Assembly: GCF_001194135.2 (NCBI RefSeq)
Contig: NC_069000.1
Coordinates: 18,864,324-18,928,323, forward strand
Direction of reading: 5' to 3'
Length of the DNA: 64,000 nucleotides
Source: Octopus bimaculoides
Lineage: Eukaryota
Positions 53,573-64,000 of the stretch are shown here, piece by piece; position 1 is the stretch's first letter, and each line of letters begins with the position of its first letter. A program made the translations under genes and the position numbers. The notes beneath the pieces are model-generated. The model worked only from the letters and a program-made list of their open reading frames with translations. It did no database searches and was not told the origin of the DNA.

Positions 53573-53662
53573 GGTTTACATACATATATATACATATATA
53601 TATATGTATACATATATGTGTATATATATATATATATATATGTATACACACACACATACACA
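53215..53662. repeat. Compound (TA)/(CA)/(GA) microsatellite around a 10-N gap
   Basis: Directly visible; source of the spurious YIYI ORFs. Confidence 0.95.
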
Positions 53663-54506
53663 TTGAATGATAAAAGTTGTATGTTGTGTTTGTCAGCAGA
53701 AATCTTAAAATAATTAAAAGGTGTAAATTTAGGCAAAGACTAAGCATTAACTCACCTGGCAAAAGGAACAGTAAAAGTTCAACATTAAAAATCTGTCCAA
53801 AACAAATTATGCAAATATTAAGTTTGAAATATAATAAGCATGTTAAAATGTATTACAATTTACGCAAAGCAAAGGGAAAATAATCAAGAATTCTGAAATT
53901 CTTATCTAGATATCTCTTTACTGTCTAAACATGCTTGTGAAATGCATGGCTGTCTAAACATTACTGTTTTCCAGTTATATTAAACACAGCTGTTAGTACA
54001 ACGGTATGCACCAAACATGCCACAGTGCCTGTCTCTTTGTAAACCAGATAAACTTATTTAAAAATCTACCTCTGTCATGTTGATATTTAATTCAAATCTT
54101 AAAAAAATATAATTCAATTAAAATGGTAAACAAGTGTTAATTAAACTTATTTACAGTTACATACTCTATAATCCACAACCAACCATCTAACTATAAAGTG
54201 GAATGTACGATCTTTTTTTTAAAAATTAGTTTTCAATTGAAGTACATAGAATAGAATGTATGCTTAGGAGTATACATCACTTATGAATTGAACTTTTAAC
54301 ACACAGACCAGTAAATACTTCTTCCTTTTAAAACTTTTACAGACACACATGTACATATAATGTGTGTGCGTGCGTGTGTAAAGAACATACCACCCAACAC
54401 TAGCTGTTGATCAATGACTTTAGAATAAGAGAAAGACTGCAAGGTAAAAGATATTCTGAAGAATAAAGGTGTGGAAATTGAAAGAACTTTCTAATAAATA
54501 TATATA

Positions 54507-55332
54507 CAGGGTGCGGTGAATAAGCTATCATCTAAATTATAATGCAAAAATGAAAATAACTGACATCTCATTTTAACAGGTATATTTACTAAAATTACAT
54601 AAAAGTATCTTGAAATACTAAAGAGTAAATTTATGTAATAAAATCGCCATTGGCTTCAACCACAGCCTCCAGATGACTTCAGAATCCCTTGCAACTCTTT
54701 TCTTGCCTTCAGTTCATCTTTGGTGTTACAAGAAGTTTTGTTGGTTTCTCACTCAAATGTGCCCCACACATAATAATCAAGTGGGTTGCAGTGTGGGGAG
54801 TTAGGTGACCAGATTTTAGAGGTGATGTGGTCACAGAAATTGTCTGACAGCCATGACTAGATTCACCTGCTTGTGTAGCATGGTGCAGAATCCTAGTCCT
54901 CTTGCCAGACATAAGGTCTTCTTTCTTGACCCAGGGCAACACTACCTCCTCTAGGCATTTCATGTAGGCCTCCATGTTGAGTTTGAGGCCATGTGGGAAG
55001 ATGAAAGGAGGTATAACGTAACCATCACTAGTGATCACTCCAAACACTATGACGGTGACTGGATGTTGGATTTTTATCACTTTCGGTACATGTCTTCAGA
55101 TTGACACCCAAACACTCTGAAATGTTCATATTGGAGCTTCTGGTGTGAATGCCAAGCAGTATAGCATGTTGTTTCTAAATGTCTGGCAGAGCAAATTGCG
55201 TCATGGTGCTGTTTTTCTCACATACAGTGCCCAGCTGACCTTACTATACTTTGTAGTCGACAAAATCAAAGACAAACAATGTGCATGCATGAAATAAAAA
55301 ACATAAAATGGTGACAATTTATCCATCACACC

Positions 55333-55335
<3 letters not shown>
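54507..55335 (-). mobile_element. Internally deleted DD37D (maT-type) element, second copy
   Basis: TA|CAGGGTGCGGTGAATAAG TIR; IQHPVTVIVFGVITSDG; 37 residues separate D(SAP) and (NPL)D when read through the stops. Confidence 0.85.
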
Positions 55336-55368
<33 letters not shown>

Positions 55369-55378
55369 NNNNNNNNNN

Positions 55379-55418
<40 letters not shown>

Positions 55419-55429
55419 TCATCATTTAA

Positions 55430-56145
55430 TGCCTAATTTCCATGGTGGCATGGTTTGGACGGTTTGACTGAGGACTGGTGAGCCAGATGGCTGCACCAGG
55501 CTCCAATCTGATCTGGCAGAGTTTCTATAGCTGGATGCCCTTCCTAATGCCAACCATTCCGAGAGTGTAGTGGGTGCTTTTACGTGCCACCAACACGAGG
55601 GCCAGTCAGGTGGTACTGGTGACGACCAGAGTCAAATGGTGTCTTTTATGCGCCACCTGCACAGGAGCCAGTCCAGCGGTGCTGGCTCAAATGGTGTTTT
55701 TTATGTGCTACCTGCACAGGAGCCAGTCCAGCAGCACTGGCAACGACCTTGCTCCAATGTTGTTTTTCATGTGCCAGTAAGGTGATACTGGTAATGATCA
55801 CACTCGAATGGTGCTTTTTATGTACCACCGGCATGAGAGTCAGTCAGCGGCCCTGGCACTGATCATGCCCGGATGGTGTTTTTAATGTTCGACTGGCATG
55901 GGTGCCAGTCAGGCAGTGCTGTTATTGGCCACGTCAGCGAATTTAATTTTGATTTCACTTGCCTCAACAGGTCTTTGCAAGCAAAGTTTAGTGTCCAACA
56001 AAAGAAAGGTACGCATAAGTAGGCTGGTTACACCGCTGGCATGGGCCACAGGACATGGTCTCACTTGGCTTGCAGGGTCTTCTCAAGCACAACATATTTC
56101 CAAAGGTATTGGTCACTAGTCATTGCCTTGGTGAGGCCCAATGTG
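55430..56145 (-). mobile_element. RTE 3' end with ~6 UTR tandem units
   Basis: CATCATTTAATGCC..TTTCCATGGTGGCATGG 3' terminus; repeated TGGTG(C/T)TTTT..TGCCAC..GCCAGTC units; the ORF2 end matches 2800-2930. Confidence 0.8.
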
Positions 56146-56146
56146 C

Positions 56147-56191
<45 letters not shown>

Positions 56192-56329
56192 GAGAGAGAG
56201 TGAGTGTGATTCTACATGACACTTGACAAAGGAGAAAGAGATACAGACCTACGTATCTGCTGAAAACAAAAACAAACTAAAGGCAAAAGCAAGATTCAAC
56301 CCAGATGTAAGGTAACAACTTTTATGATG

Positions 56330-56665
56330 TTTTACTTGTTTCAGTCATTAGACTGTGACCATGCTGGGGCATTGCTTTGAAGGGTTAAGTCAAACAAATC
56401 GACTTCAGTACTTTTTATTTTTAAACCTGGTATATATTCAACAAGTCTCTTTTTTCTGAACCACTAAATTATGGGGATGTAAACAAACCAACAAATGTTG
56501 TCAAGCAGGGGGGGCAGACACAAATACAACAGGATTCTTTCAGTTTCCATTTACCAAATTCTCCACACAAGGCTTTGGATGGCCAATAGCTATAATAGAA
56601 GACACTTGCCAAAGGTGTCACACAGTAGGACTTAACTTGAAACTATGCAGTTGGGAAGCAAACTT
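56330..56665 (-). mobile_element. SINE family 1 (diverged)
   Basis: TGTTTCAGTCATTAGACTG...GAAGACACTTGCC..GGTGTCACACAGTAGGAC; homologous to 9805-10163. Confidence 0.7.
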
Positions 56666-56839
56666 TTTACCACAGTTACACCTGCATCGATCATCAAAGA
56701 ATAGTATTGTAGAGAGAGGTATAAAAGAGAGGCCTGGAAAGACAAGAGGAAAGGAGGTAGCAAAGAACAATATCAAGTGGTTAACTGAGAAACTAGGCAA
56801 CAATTGTATAGAGTTCAAAGCAAAGCAGAAAGCAGGAGG

Positions 56840-57830
56840 TTTGCCAATGCTCTGCAATAAGAGGATCAGAGGTATAAAGTGTTCCAGAGTAAATCAAGAC
56901 ATTGTTCAAGAAAAGTGTGTCCTCAATAATGCTGAGAAGAAAGAGACATAAAAATGCTATTATGAAAGGCTGCTGAATGTAGAAAATGTGTGGGAGGGTG
57001 AAGAACTGACCCAATTATACTCAACAGAAGGATCAGCTACTGAAGTAGACAGCTATATGATCAAAATGGCTAATATGGATATGAAGTTATGGCAAATGCA
57101 GTTGGTCTATCAGGTTAAGTTGCTAAAAATATCCAGCACAATAGCATCCAAGTAATATGAAGAGGTATCATACCCAATGATAGCAGTATAAATGTCAACA
57201 ATTACAAGGGCAACGGAGATGCTTTAGCAAAAAGCAAATACAGAAGTAGCAAACTGATGGACCAAGTTATGTAATTAATGAAACAAGTATTACCACAACT
57301 GATTAGGAAGAGATTCAGGTTCGATGAGATGCACTTCAGATTTGCACCAGTTCAGGGTACTACTAATGCTCTCGTTATAGTAAGACAAAAAAGTTTTACC
57401 TAAAAGTAAACCTCTCTAACTAGGATTTATTGATCTGGAGAAGGTCTTTTCTGGTTGTACCATGATCTGTAGTTGTACTATAATCAGGGGTTTTTAGAAA
57501 ATTAAGTGAAAACAAATGATTTGTGTGAGATAAGCTATGTCGAGATGCAAACAGTAAAATAAGATTTAGCAATGAGTTCAGTGAGAAATTTAGCTTACAG
57601 CTAGGATTTGATCAAAGTTTGGTTTTCATTTACTACATTTCAACAAACCGTCACAAATGAGTTTAAGACTGGTTTTTCATGAGAAGCCTTATATGCCAAA
57701 GGTCCAGTCCTTATAGCAGAGTTTGTGGAAGACTTTGAGAAGAAATTCCTGATATGGAAATAAAATCCGAACTTTAGGTAAGAAGATAGAACCCTGCAGC
57801 CTTCAGTGAAATGAACATGCTCAGTGTACA
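56840..57830 (+). mobile_element. Decayed RTE RT region
   Basis: KCYYERLLNVEN; YKGNGDAL; KLMDQVM; GFIDLEK; similar to 63130-63750. Confidence 0.65.
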
Positions 57831-58351
57831 GAAAAGGGACAGTCTGTGAGCTATGGGTGCAGAAGAGGATACTGGAACCACAGGCAGGATGACAGTGAAT
57901 AAACACTGCATATATGACAGATGTACAGTATTTAGCAGTTAGAGTAATAGTAAAATACATTTTTTCAATGTTTGGAAGGCTTCATGCAAGTTGTTGATAA
58001 CTTCTGTTAACTAGTTGACTTAATCAGCTGTCGAAAAGGATGCTCTGAAAGCACCCTCCTCTACAGTTGTCACAATAAGAACAAGATGGAAACAAATCTG
58101 CTGACAACATTGCTGTGTACTGAGTGATGTGGCTACTGAATACAGAGAATATGTGAATGTATATTATTGCAAAAGTCTATCTTGTTACGGTTGACGTTAT
58201 TACTTCTCATATTTCTAGGACTGATAAGATGAGCATCAGTGAAATGCTCATGCTGAATCAGGAGAATATATCTATTCCTTGCTTTACAAAATGAACAATA
58301 TGATTCTAAATAAAAGAAAGCAAAATTTAAGTAAACTGGTTTGTACTTTCT

Positions 58352-61002
58352 CAGTGGTTTCCAACTTGGTGCTTGCAAGCTAAGCTCTAAATTTTAAATG
58401 ACTTCAGTGAAAAATGTACAATTACAATAAGGTTGATAACAAAAAAAACAAAAAAAAATATTGGGAATCTTATATACATCAGGTGCAAGATCAACTTTGA
58501 CATGGTTATATCATATGACAGAAACATTCTGAATATACAATGACAGCCTGTTTGTTTGATTTCAGAACTTTAATATTCGACTGCATTAACAAAGATAGTA
58601 AAGGTATAACAAAGTTCAAAACTGTTGCTATTGTATAGTGTGGATATGATATATGACATTTCATCATGCTCAAGTGGAAATTGGTAATTAATGTTATTAA
58701 TGAAAAAAGACCTGTATGAACACAATACACAATCTTTTGACTGGCATAAATTTAAAGGATTACATTTGAACATGATCTATTTGGATAAACTCTGTAAAAT
58801 AGTAGGCAATTATTCATTTTTTAACAATATCAAACTACACTGATGAAGAAAATTCTTTATATATATATATATAGTCCCCAGGTAATTGTAGATTGCTGGT
58901 TAAAAACTGGAAATGCACTAAAAAAGAAAGATGAAAAACACAGGTTAAGATGATCCATTTATCTTTTCCATCTACTATTCTTGGGTAAGTTGTGGAGGAG
59001 TAGAGTCTTCAGGCATCTCCTGTCAGAAGGAATCATCATTAGATTTTCCAGCTGGATTCCCAAGCATGGTCAACTGAAACTATGGATATGATCTAGCCAT
59101 CTTGTTCATGATCAGCTTGTAAGTCTTCTGCCAGATGGCTTGACTTTAAAAATCCATTATGCAACTATTTCCAAAATGAAAAAAAAAATTGTAAATATTG
59201 TGATGAGCAGATACTCTTTATATAAGGCTACTACGAAGGCAAGAGAAGCTGCAGTGTATTCTATGTATGAAACATTGTCCAATGCAAGTTATGAAGGTGG
59301 TGAAACTTCACTGACATTTAGAAACAAAGTATGAACAAAACATGAACAAACTTTCAAAGAAGATGGCAACAACTACTTTGATGACAAAAGTCAATAGTAA
59401 AAATAGCAACTGGCTTTGATAAAAAAAATTTTGCTTGTATCATATGCTGTTACCTTTTTAGTAGAAAAGAGTGAAAAATCACACACAACTTGGAAGAAAC
59501 TAATTCTGCCTGATGCCAAAGCAAATGCCAGAGAGAAAGTAATAAAGAATCATGCTAATGATGATTCCTTTATGAAACAATACTCTGAAGTGGCAGAGGA
59601 CATGTCTGATAATATTAAATATCAGTAAAAAGAGTGATTAAAAGTGAAAATATGGATATTTGTAACTGCACCAATCTACTTGCATTTATACAATATGAAT
59701 TTAATGGTACAATTAGTGAATATTTTCAGTTTTGCCTATCACTGCCAACACATACAACATATGAGTATATTTTTAATGATTTGAACAATTTATAATCGAA
59801 AATGAAATTGGGAGGTCAAAATGCAGGAGTGTGAGTACTGATGGGGTTCTTGTAATGTTGGGAAAATACAGAGGAGTGAAAGCAAATATTCAAAATATAA
59901 TGCCAAATGTCAAATAGATGCATTGCTGCATACATAGAGAAGCATTGGCAGCAAGAATCATGCCAGGAAAACTGAAGATGACACTGGAGGCAGCAGTGAA
60001 AGCACTTAATTCTATAAAAACTCATTTGTTAAATTCTCCTATTTTTATGTCTTTTTTATTTATTTTTGAGATGCTCTTGTATTTTCAAGTGCATTAGTGT
60101 CCTGCAGCACTCACCCACATATTTGAGTACATGATGAAATAAGTTAGCTTTTTCATGAAAAGTCATTCCATGAGAGTAAGTGGGTCAATAACTTTTTGTG
60201 GTTAGCTATGATGGCATATATGTCAAACACTTTTATGTATTGAATGTGCTAAATTTGAGCCTTCCAAGACCCATAATCATGAATTTAAACTTGTCTAAAT
60301 GTCTGAAGAGTGGCATGTTTGAATCCTTTCCAACATCCTGGGACTTTCTTGTAATAGCTGATGATGACCTCCCTAAAGAAATAGGAAACCTTTTCATTCA
60401 GCATTTGCAAGGGTTAAAGAAGTTATAGAGATCATTTTTCTCTTCCAGACACCAACGATTAAATTATGGATCCATTTCAGACACATGTAAAAACTGTAAA
60501 CTATTTCACTTTAAATGGAGAGCTTTTGTTGCACTTTCACGTGACACTTTATTTATGTCAAGTTTCATTCAGTATAATTTAGCAGATTTTTAGTTAGGTG
60601 TGAAAAACGAGTAGCCAGAATAGCCATCCAAAGCACTGGAATATTTAATGTCATTCCCAACTACATACTTATGTAAGAAGGCTTTCTCCCAGCTGTTTTA
60701 TATAAAATCCAAATACTGAAACAGGATGAATGTAGAACTTGATCTCTCTGACTACCATTGCACCTGAAATTCATAATATTCTATTGACAAAGCAGCATCA
60801 ACCCTCAAGTAAAAAATTTTTTTATAAATACTGTTATAAATACTGTTATCTTTCAACTGAGAGATGAAGCAAATAAAATGCATTTGCTGTTAGTTAATAA
60901 AATCAGCTTGTTGAGCAAATAGACCTTTCAAAAGTTTGGGTATCCATAACAATTCATTTAAATATAAAGGATCCATGATAGTGAGAAGGCAGGGAACCAC
61001 TG
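58352..61002 (+). mobile_element. Charlie-like hAT transposon, decayed
   Basis: TIRs CAGTGGTTTCC / GGGAACCACTG; 8-bp flanks TACTTTCT vs TACTATAT (degenerate TSD); peptides SYAVTFLVEKSEKSHTT.KKLILP and STDGVLVMLGKYRGV...HCCIHREALAAR. Confidence 0.85.
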
Positions 61003-62069
61003 TACTATATCAGTGTTTTTAAAAATGCATTGCTTTCCATTTTCCCCTTGAGGGATCCATTTAATTTATATTATTAGTTCTAAAGTGTGTAACCAGCAAG
61101 CAAAGAGCTAACTTAGAAAATACATCCTGAACTACATTCCCAAGATATAACTGGAAGCTTTTCAAGCTCTTAATTTATGCACATGAAGTAAAATTTACAT
61201 GATGAGTATTGTTTTAATATACCAGAAATAACAGACAAATAATTAATGTACCAAAAATGAAATTAGAAAAAAATCTAAAAGTCAAAAAGATAAAAGCTTG
61301 CAAACTAAAGATTGGATATAGGTTTAAAACGCAAGTACCAAATGAGAATCCAGATAACCAACTGTCACTCCTTTCTCACATTCATATGAAATTACCCACC
61401 CTTACCTTCCTCACCGGATCCCCTGTCCGTAATCTTCCTTATATTCACCTCTTATAACTTGAGATTCTGCTCTCCATGACCACAATCTTTATCTTCCTTC
61501 TAGAAACTGTCACCCACACCCATATAATGCAATGTAGTCACATATTTCCTCTATAGCAAGACACCCAGACTTGTCACTCTATCATACTTCCAAACATAAA
61601 ACCTCCCCTTTTTTTCAAATACTCTCCCACTCAGCCAAAGTTCTTTTCCTTTCTTTTCTTTGCCTTGTAAGTTTCTTGGTGACCTCAGAAGTGCAAATAA
61701 CATGGAGAAGTATCCAGTATACACTATCAAGTTATTGGCATTAGGAAAGGCATCCTGCCACAGAGACCAAACCAATGCTGACATCAAAGCCCAAAGTAAT
61801 CCTGTAACTTGTTAGATCCTGTTAAACCATCCATCCCATGTCAGCATGAAAATGTTAATGAGGAAGGTGATGATAAGCACTTTTCACATAATAAATATAA
61901 TTTCTCCAAAGAATCAGAAACATTTTTATTAATTTTTCATACAAATATCAGAAGACATTAACCGTCAGACAATAAAACGAATTCAATAACAGTTTTCATC
62001 CACAAAAACTGACAAATTCTCTTTCAATCAATCTCCATGTCTCTCGTATTAACAACCATCTGCTCTTAG

Positions 62070-62244
62070 CCCTAAAGCATTCAAACCAGTTAGATTTGGC
62101 CTCTCACACCTATCCTATAATGTCATTCTAAAAATAAACAATCACATCATCATAATCTTGAAGCCACAAGATTATGCAAGATTAATTCAAAACAATGTAA
62201 ATAAGTATAATATCTGACAAATTGAATAATCAGAATGAAAAGGG
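62070..62244. mobile_element. piggyBac-like MITE, second copy
   Basis: The core TCCTATAATGTCATTCTAAAAATAAACAATCACATCATC matches 7500-7540; the ends are CCCT...AAGGG. Confidence 0.55.
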
Positions 62245-63129
62245 TTTAAGCTATTTATTCTATATATGTATTGGTAATATAACTATAATGGCCTACTTGT
62301 TCCATCACATACAAAAGTGTGCCTCTCTTTGATGAATTTCTTCATACCAATTGAATTCTGACAAATCTTTGCAAGACTTTGATCAAGCCATTTCTATTTA
62401 TGTTACAATGATTCTTACATCATGATAATTAGGTGTATGATCTAATTACAATGTACAGCATTTCTAATGGTAATATATCAAATCCCAGAGTAAGAGAAGC
62501 ACTCTCGTTCTCTCTCTCTTTCTCTCACACACACACGCAAGTGGAAGCTACAAGATGACAGAGTTGAACTTCAAATGACCAAAGCATCAGAATACTGAAA
62601 GCGTCAAAGACCTCAGACTCAGAAATATGTTGTGCTTGAAAGATTAAAAACTCAGAATATTGAACTTTGAAGTATTTATGGAAAAAATAATCAGAGGAAA
62701 AAAAAGGTAAAGGTAAATAACTTTTAAAATTTAAAGTGTTAAAAAGGAATTAATTTGAGCATGTAGAATTTGTACAAAGCTGAATGATTTGGCAGGGGGA
62801 GAATTCTAGTATTTAATTCCCTGTTTTCATATCATCTATGAGCATTGAAATACAGGCATTTAGAGAATGGTGGTGTTCTATGAATTTGGTTAATAAAAGG
62901 AAACAAAGAACATATTGAAATTTATATACTGGCACAGACAAAGAGAGGTAAGGTCAAGAACATAATTTTGGTCAATCAAAATTTGGTCTCTTGAACATTT
63001 GGTATGTTTACATTTGTAGTGAAATAATATTTAATGATAAGAAAAGAAATGTATGTTATACACACATTTATGTAAATAATAATATACATATAATACAAAT
63101 ACACACACACGCAGGCATGCATGTCTCTA

Positions 63130-63750
63130 AGTGCACACCTGCACTTAAAGATTCTGAAAGGATAGAGGCATGGAAGTGCTACCATGAAAGGCTACTAAAC
63201 ATAGACAGAGCCTTCTGAACCCAACAGAAGGGCTAGTCATTCTAGATGACAACAATATGATAAATATAGCAATTAAGGATATGAAGACAGTGGAAGCCTC
63301 TGGTTCATCAAGAATTACCTCTGAGATGATTAAAATATATCTGACAGTGTGGGCTTTGACCTAGTCACTTGTATAGTTAGTCAGGTTTCACAAGAAGATA
63401 TACTTAGTAACTTACATAGCAATGTTACAGTCAACTGATTTAAGATTAAAGGATATGTTTTAGAGAGAAGTAATTACAGGGCTGTCAAACTGTTGGACCA
63501 GGTCATGAAGATTATGGAAAGAGTTATAGCTCAGCTAATTATGAAGAGAATGAGACTAGATAAGATGGAGCTTTTGTGCCAGGAAGAAGTACTACTTATG
63601 CTCTCTTCATAGTAAAGTAATTGCAGAAGTATTTAGCCAAAAGTAAATTGCTGCACTTGGCTTTCATTGACTCGGGCCTTCGACAGTGTCCCTTGCTTCC
63701 TGAGACTGTGGTTGCCATAGAAGCTAGGAGTGGATGAAAGGAAAGTGAGA
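63130..63750 (+). mobile_element. Decayed RTE RT region
   Basis: EAWKCYHERLLN; KLLDQVMKIMERVIAQLI; FVPGRSTT; LHLAFID..AFDSVP. Confidence 0.75.
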
Positions 63751-63804
63751 GTCAGTCGATGTCAATTAGTGAGAGCAATGAATTTAAATATATACATATA
63801 TATC

Positions 63805-64000
63805 ATCATCATCATCATCTTCATTATTTAATGTCCATGTCCCATGCTGGCATGGATTGGATGGTTCAATGCTTGTGTTGGTATGGTTTTTAAAGATGGA
63901 TGCCCCATTCCGAATACCAACCACTTTATGATATATAGCTGGTGCTTTTTGACTGGCATTAGCATAGTGAGGTCACCACACATCTTGCAAGATTCAGATC
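63805..64000 (-). mobile_element. RTE 3' terminus (diverged), continuing beyond the window
   Basis: (CAT)n followed by TTTAATGTCCATGTCCCATGCTGGCATGG. Confidence 0.6.

Noticed and set aside
53167-53762. Many [12 protein letters not shown] ORFs here and at other microsatellites
   Set aside because: They are translations of dinucleotide repeats.
58229-58251. Hairpin ATGAGCAT-CAGTGAA-ATGCTCAT resembling an iron-responsive element
   Set aside because: The loop is 7 nt rather than CAGUGH, there is no bulged C five bases 5' of the loop, and there is no UTR context.

Overview
This is AT-rich eukaryotic (animal) DNA from a gapped draft scaffold, not prokaryotic sequence. There are no operons, rRNA, genuine tRNA genes or CRISPR arrays. 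The repeat content ((TA)n/(CA)n/(GA)n microsatellites, several tRNA-derived SINE families, and an RTE-type LINE ending ...GGAAAGCGGACGTTAAAC(GAT)n) matches what I recall of octopod cephalopod genomes, probably Octopus; this is recognition from memory, not a search. The window is dominated by decayed transposons: RTE LINEs, SINEs, Tc1/mariner elements (including a DD37D maT-type), a Charlie-like hAT, a Ty3/Gypsy pol relic and piggyBac-like pieces. No host gene could be identified; a few short exon-like islands are listed at low confidence. The best-supported unusual observation is two independent RTE insertions (12677-13560 and 37835-38411) with the same architecture. In each, the 5' part is inverted and its outer end continues the reading frame of the non-inverted 3' part, both ends abut (TA)n, and the 3' terminus carries a shared stem-loop. 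This is the geometry of twin priming. Second, a tandem repeat inside the 3' UTR of another RTE family varies from about 1 unit to a multi-kb higher-order array. Coordinates of decayed elements are approximate.
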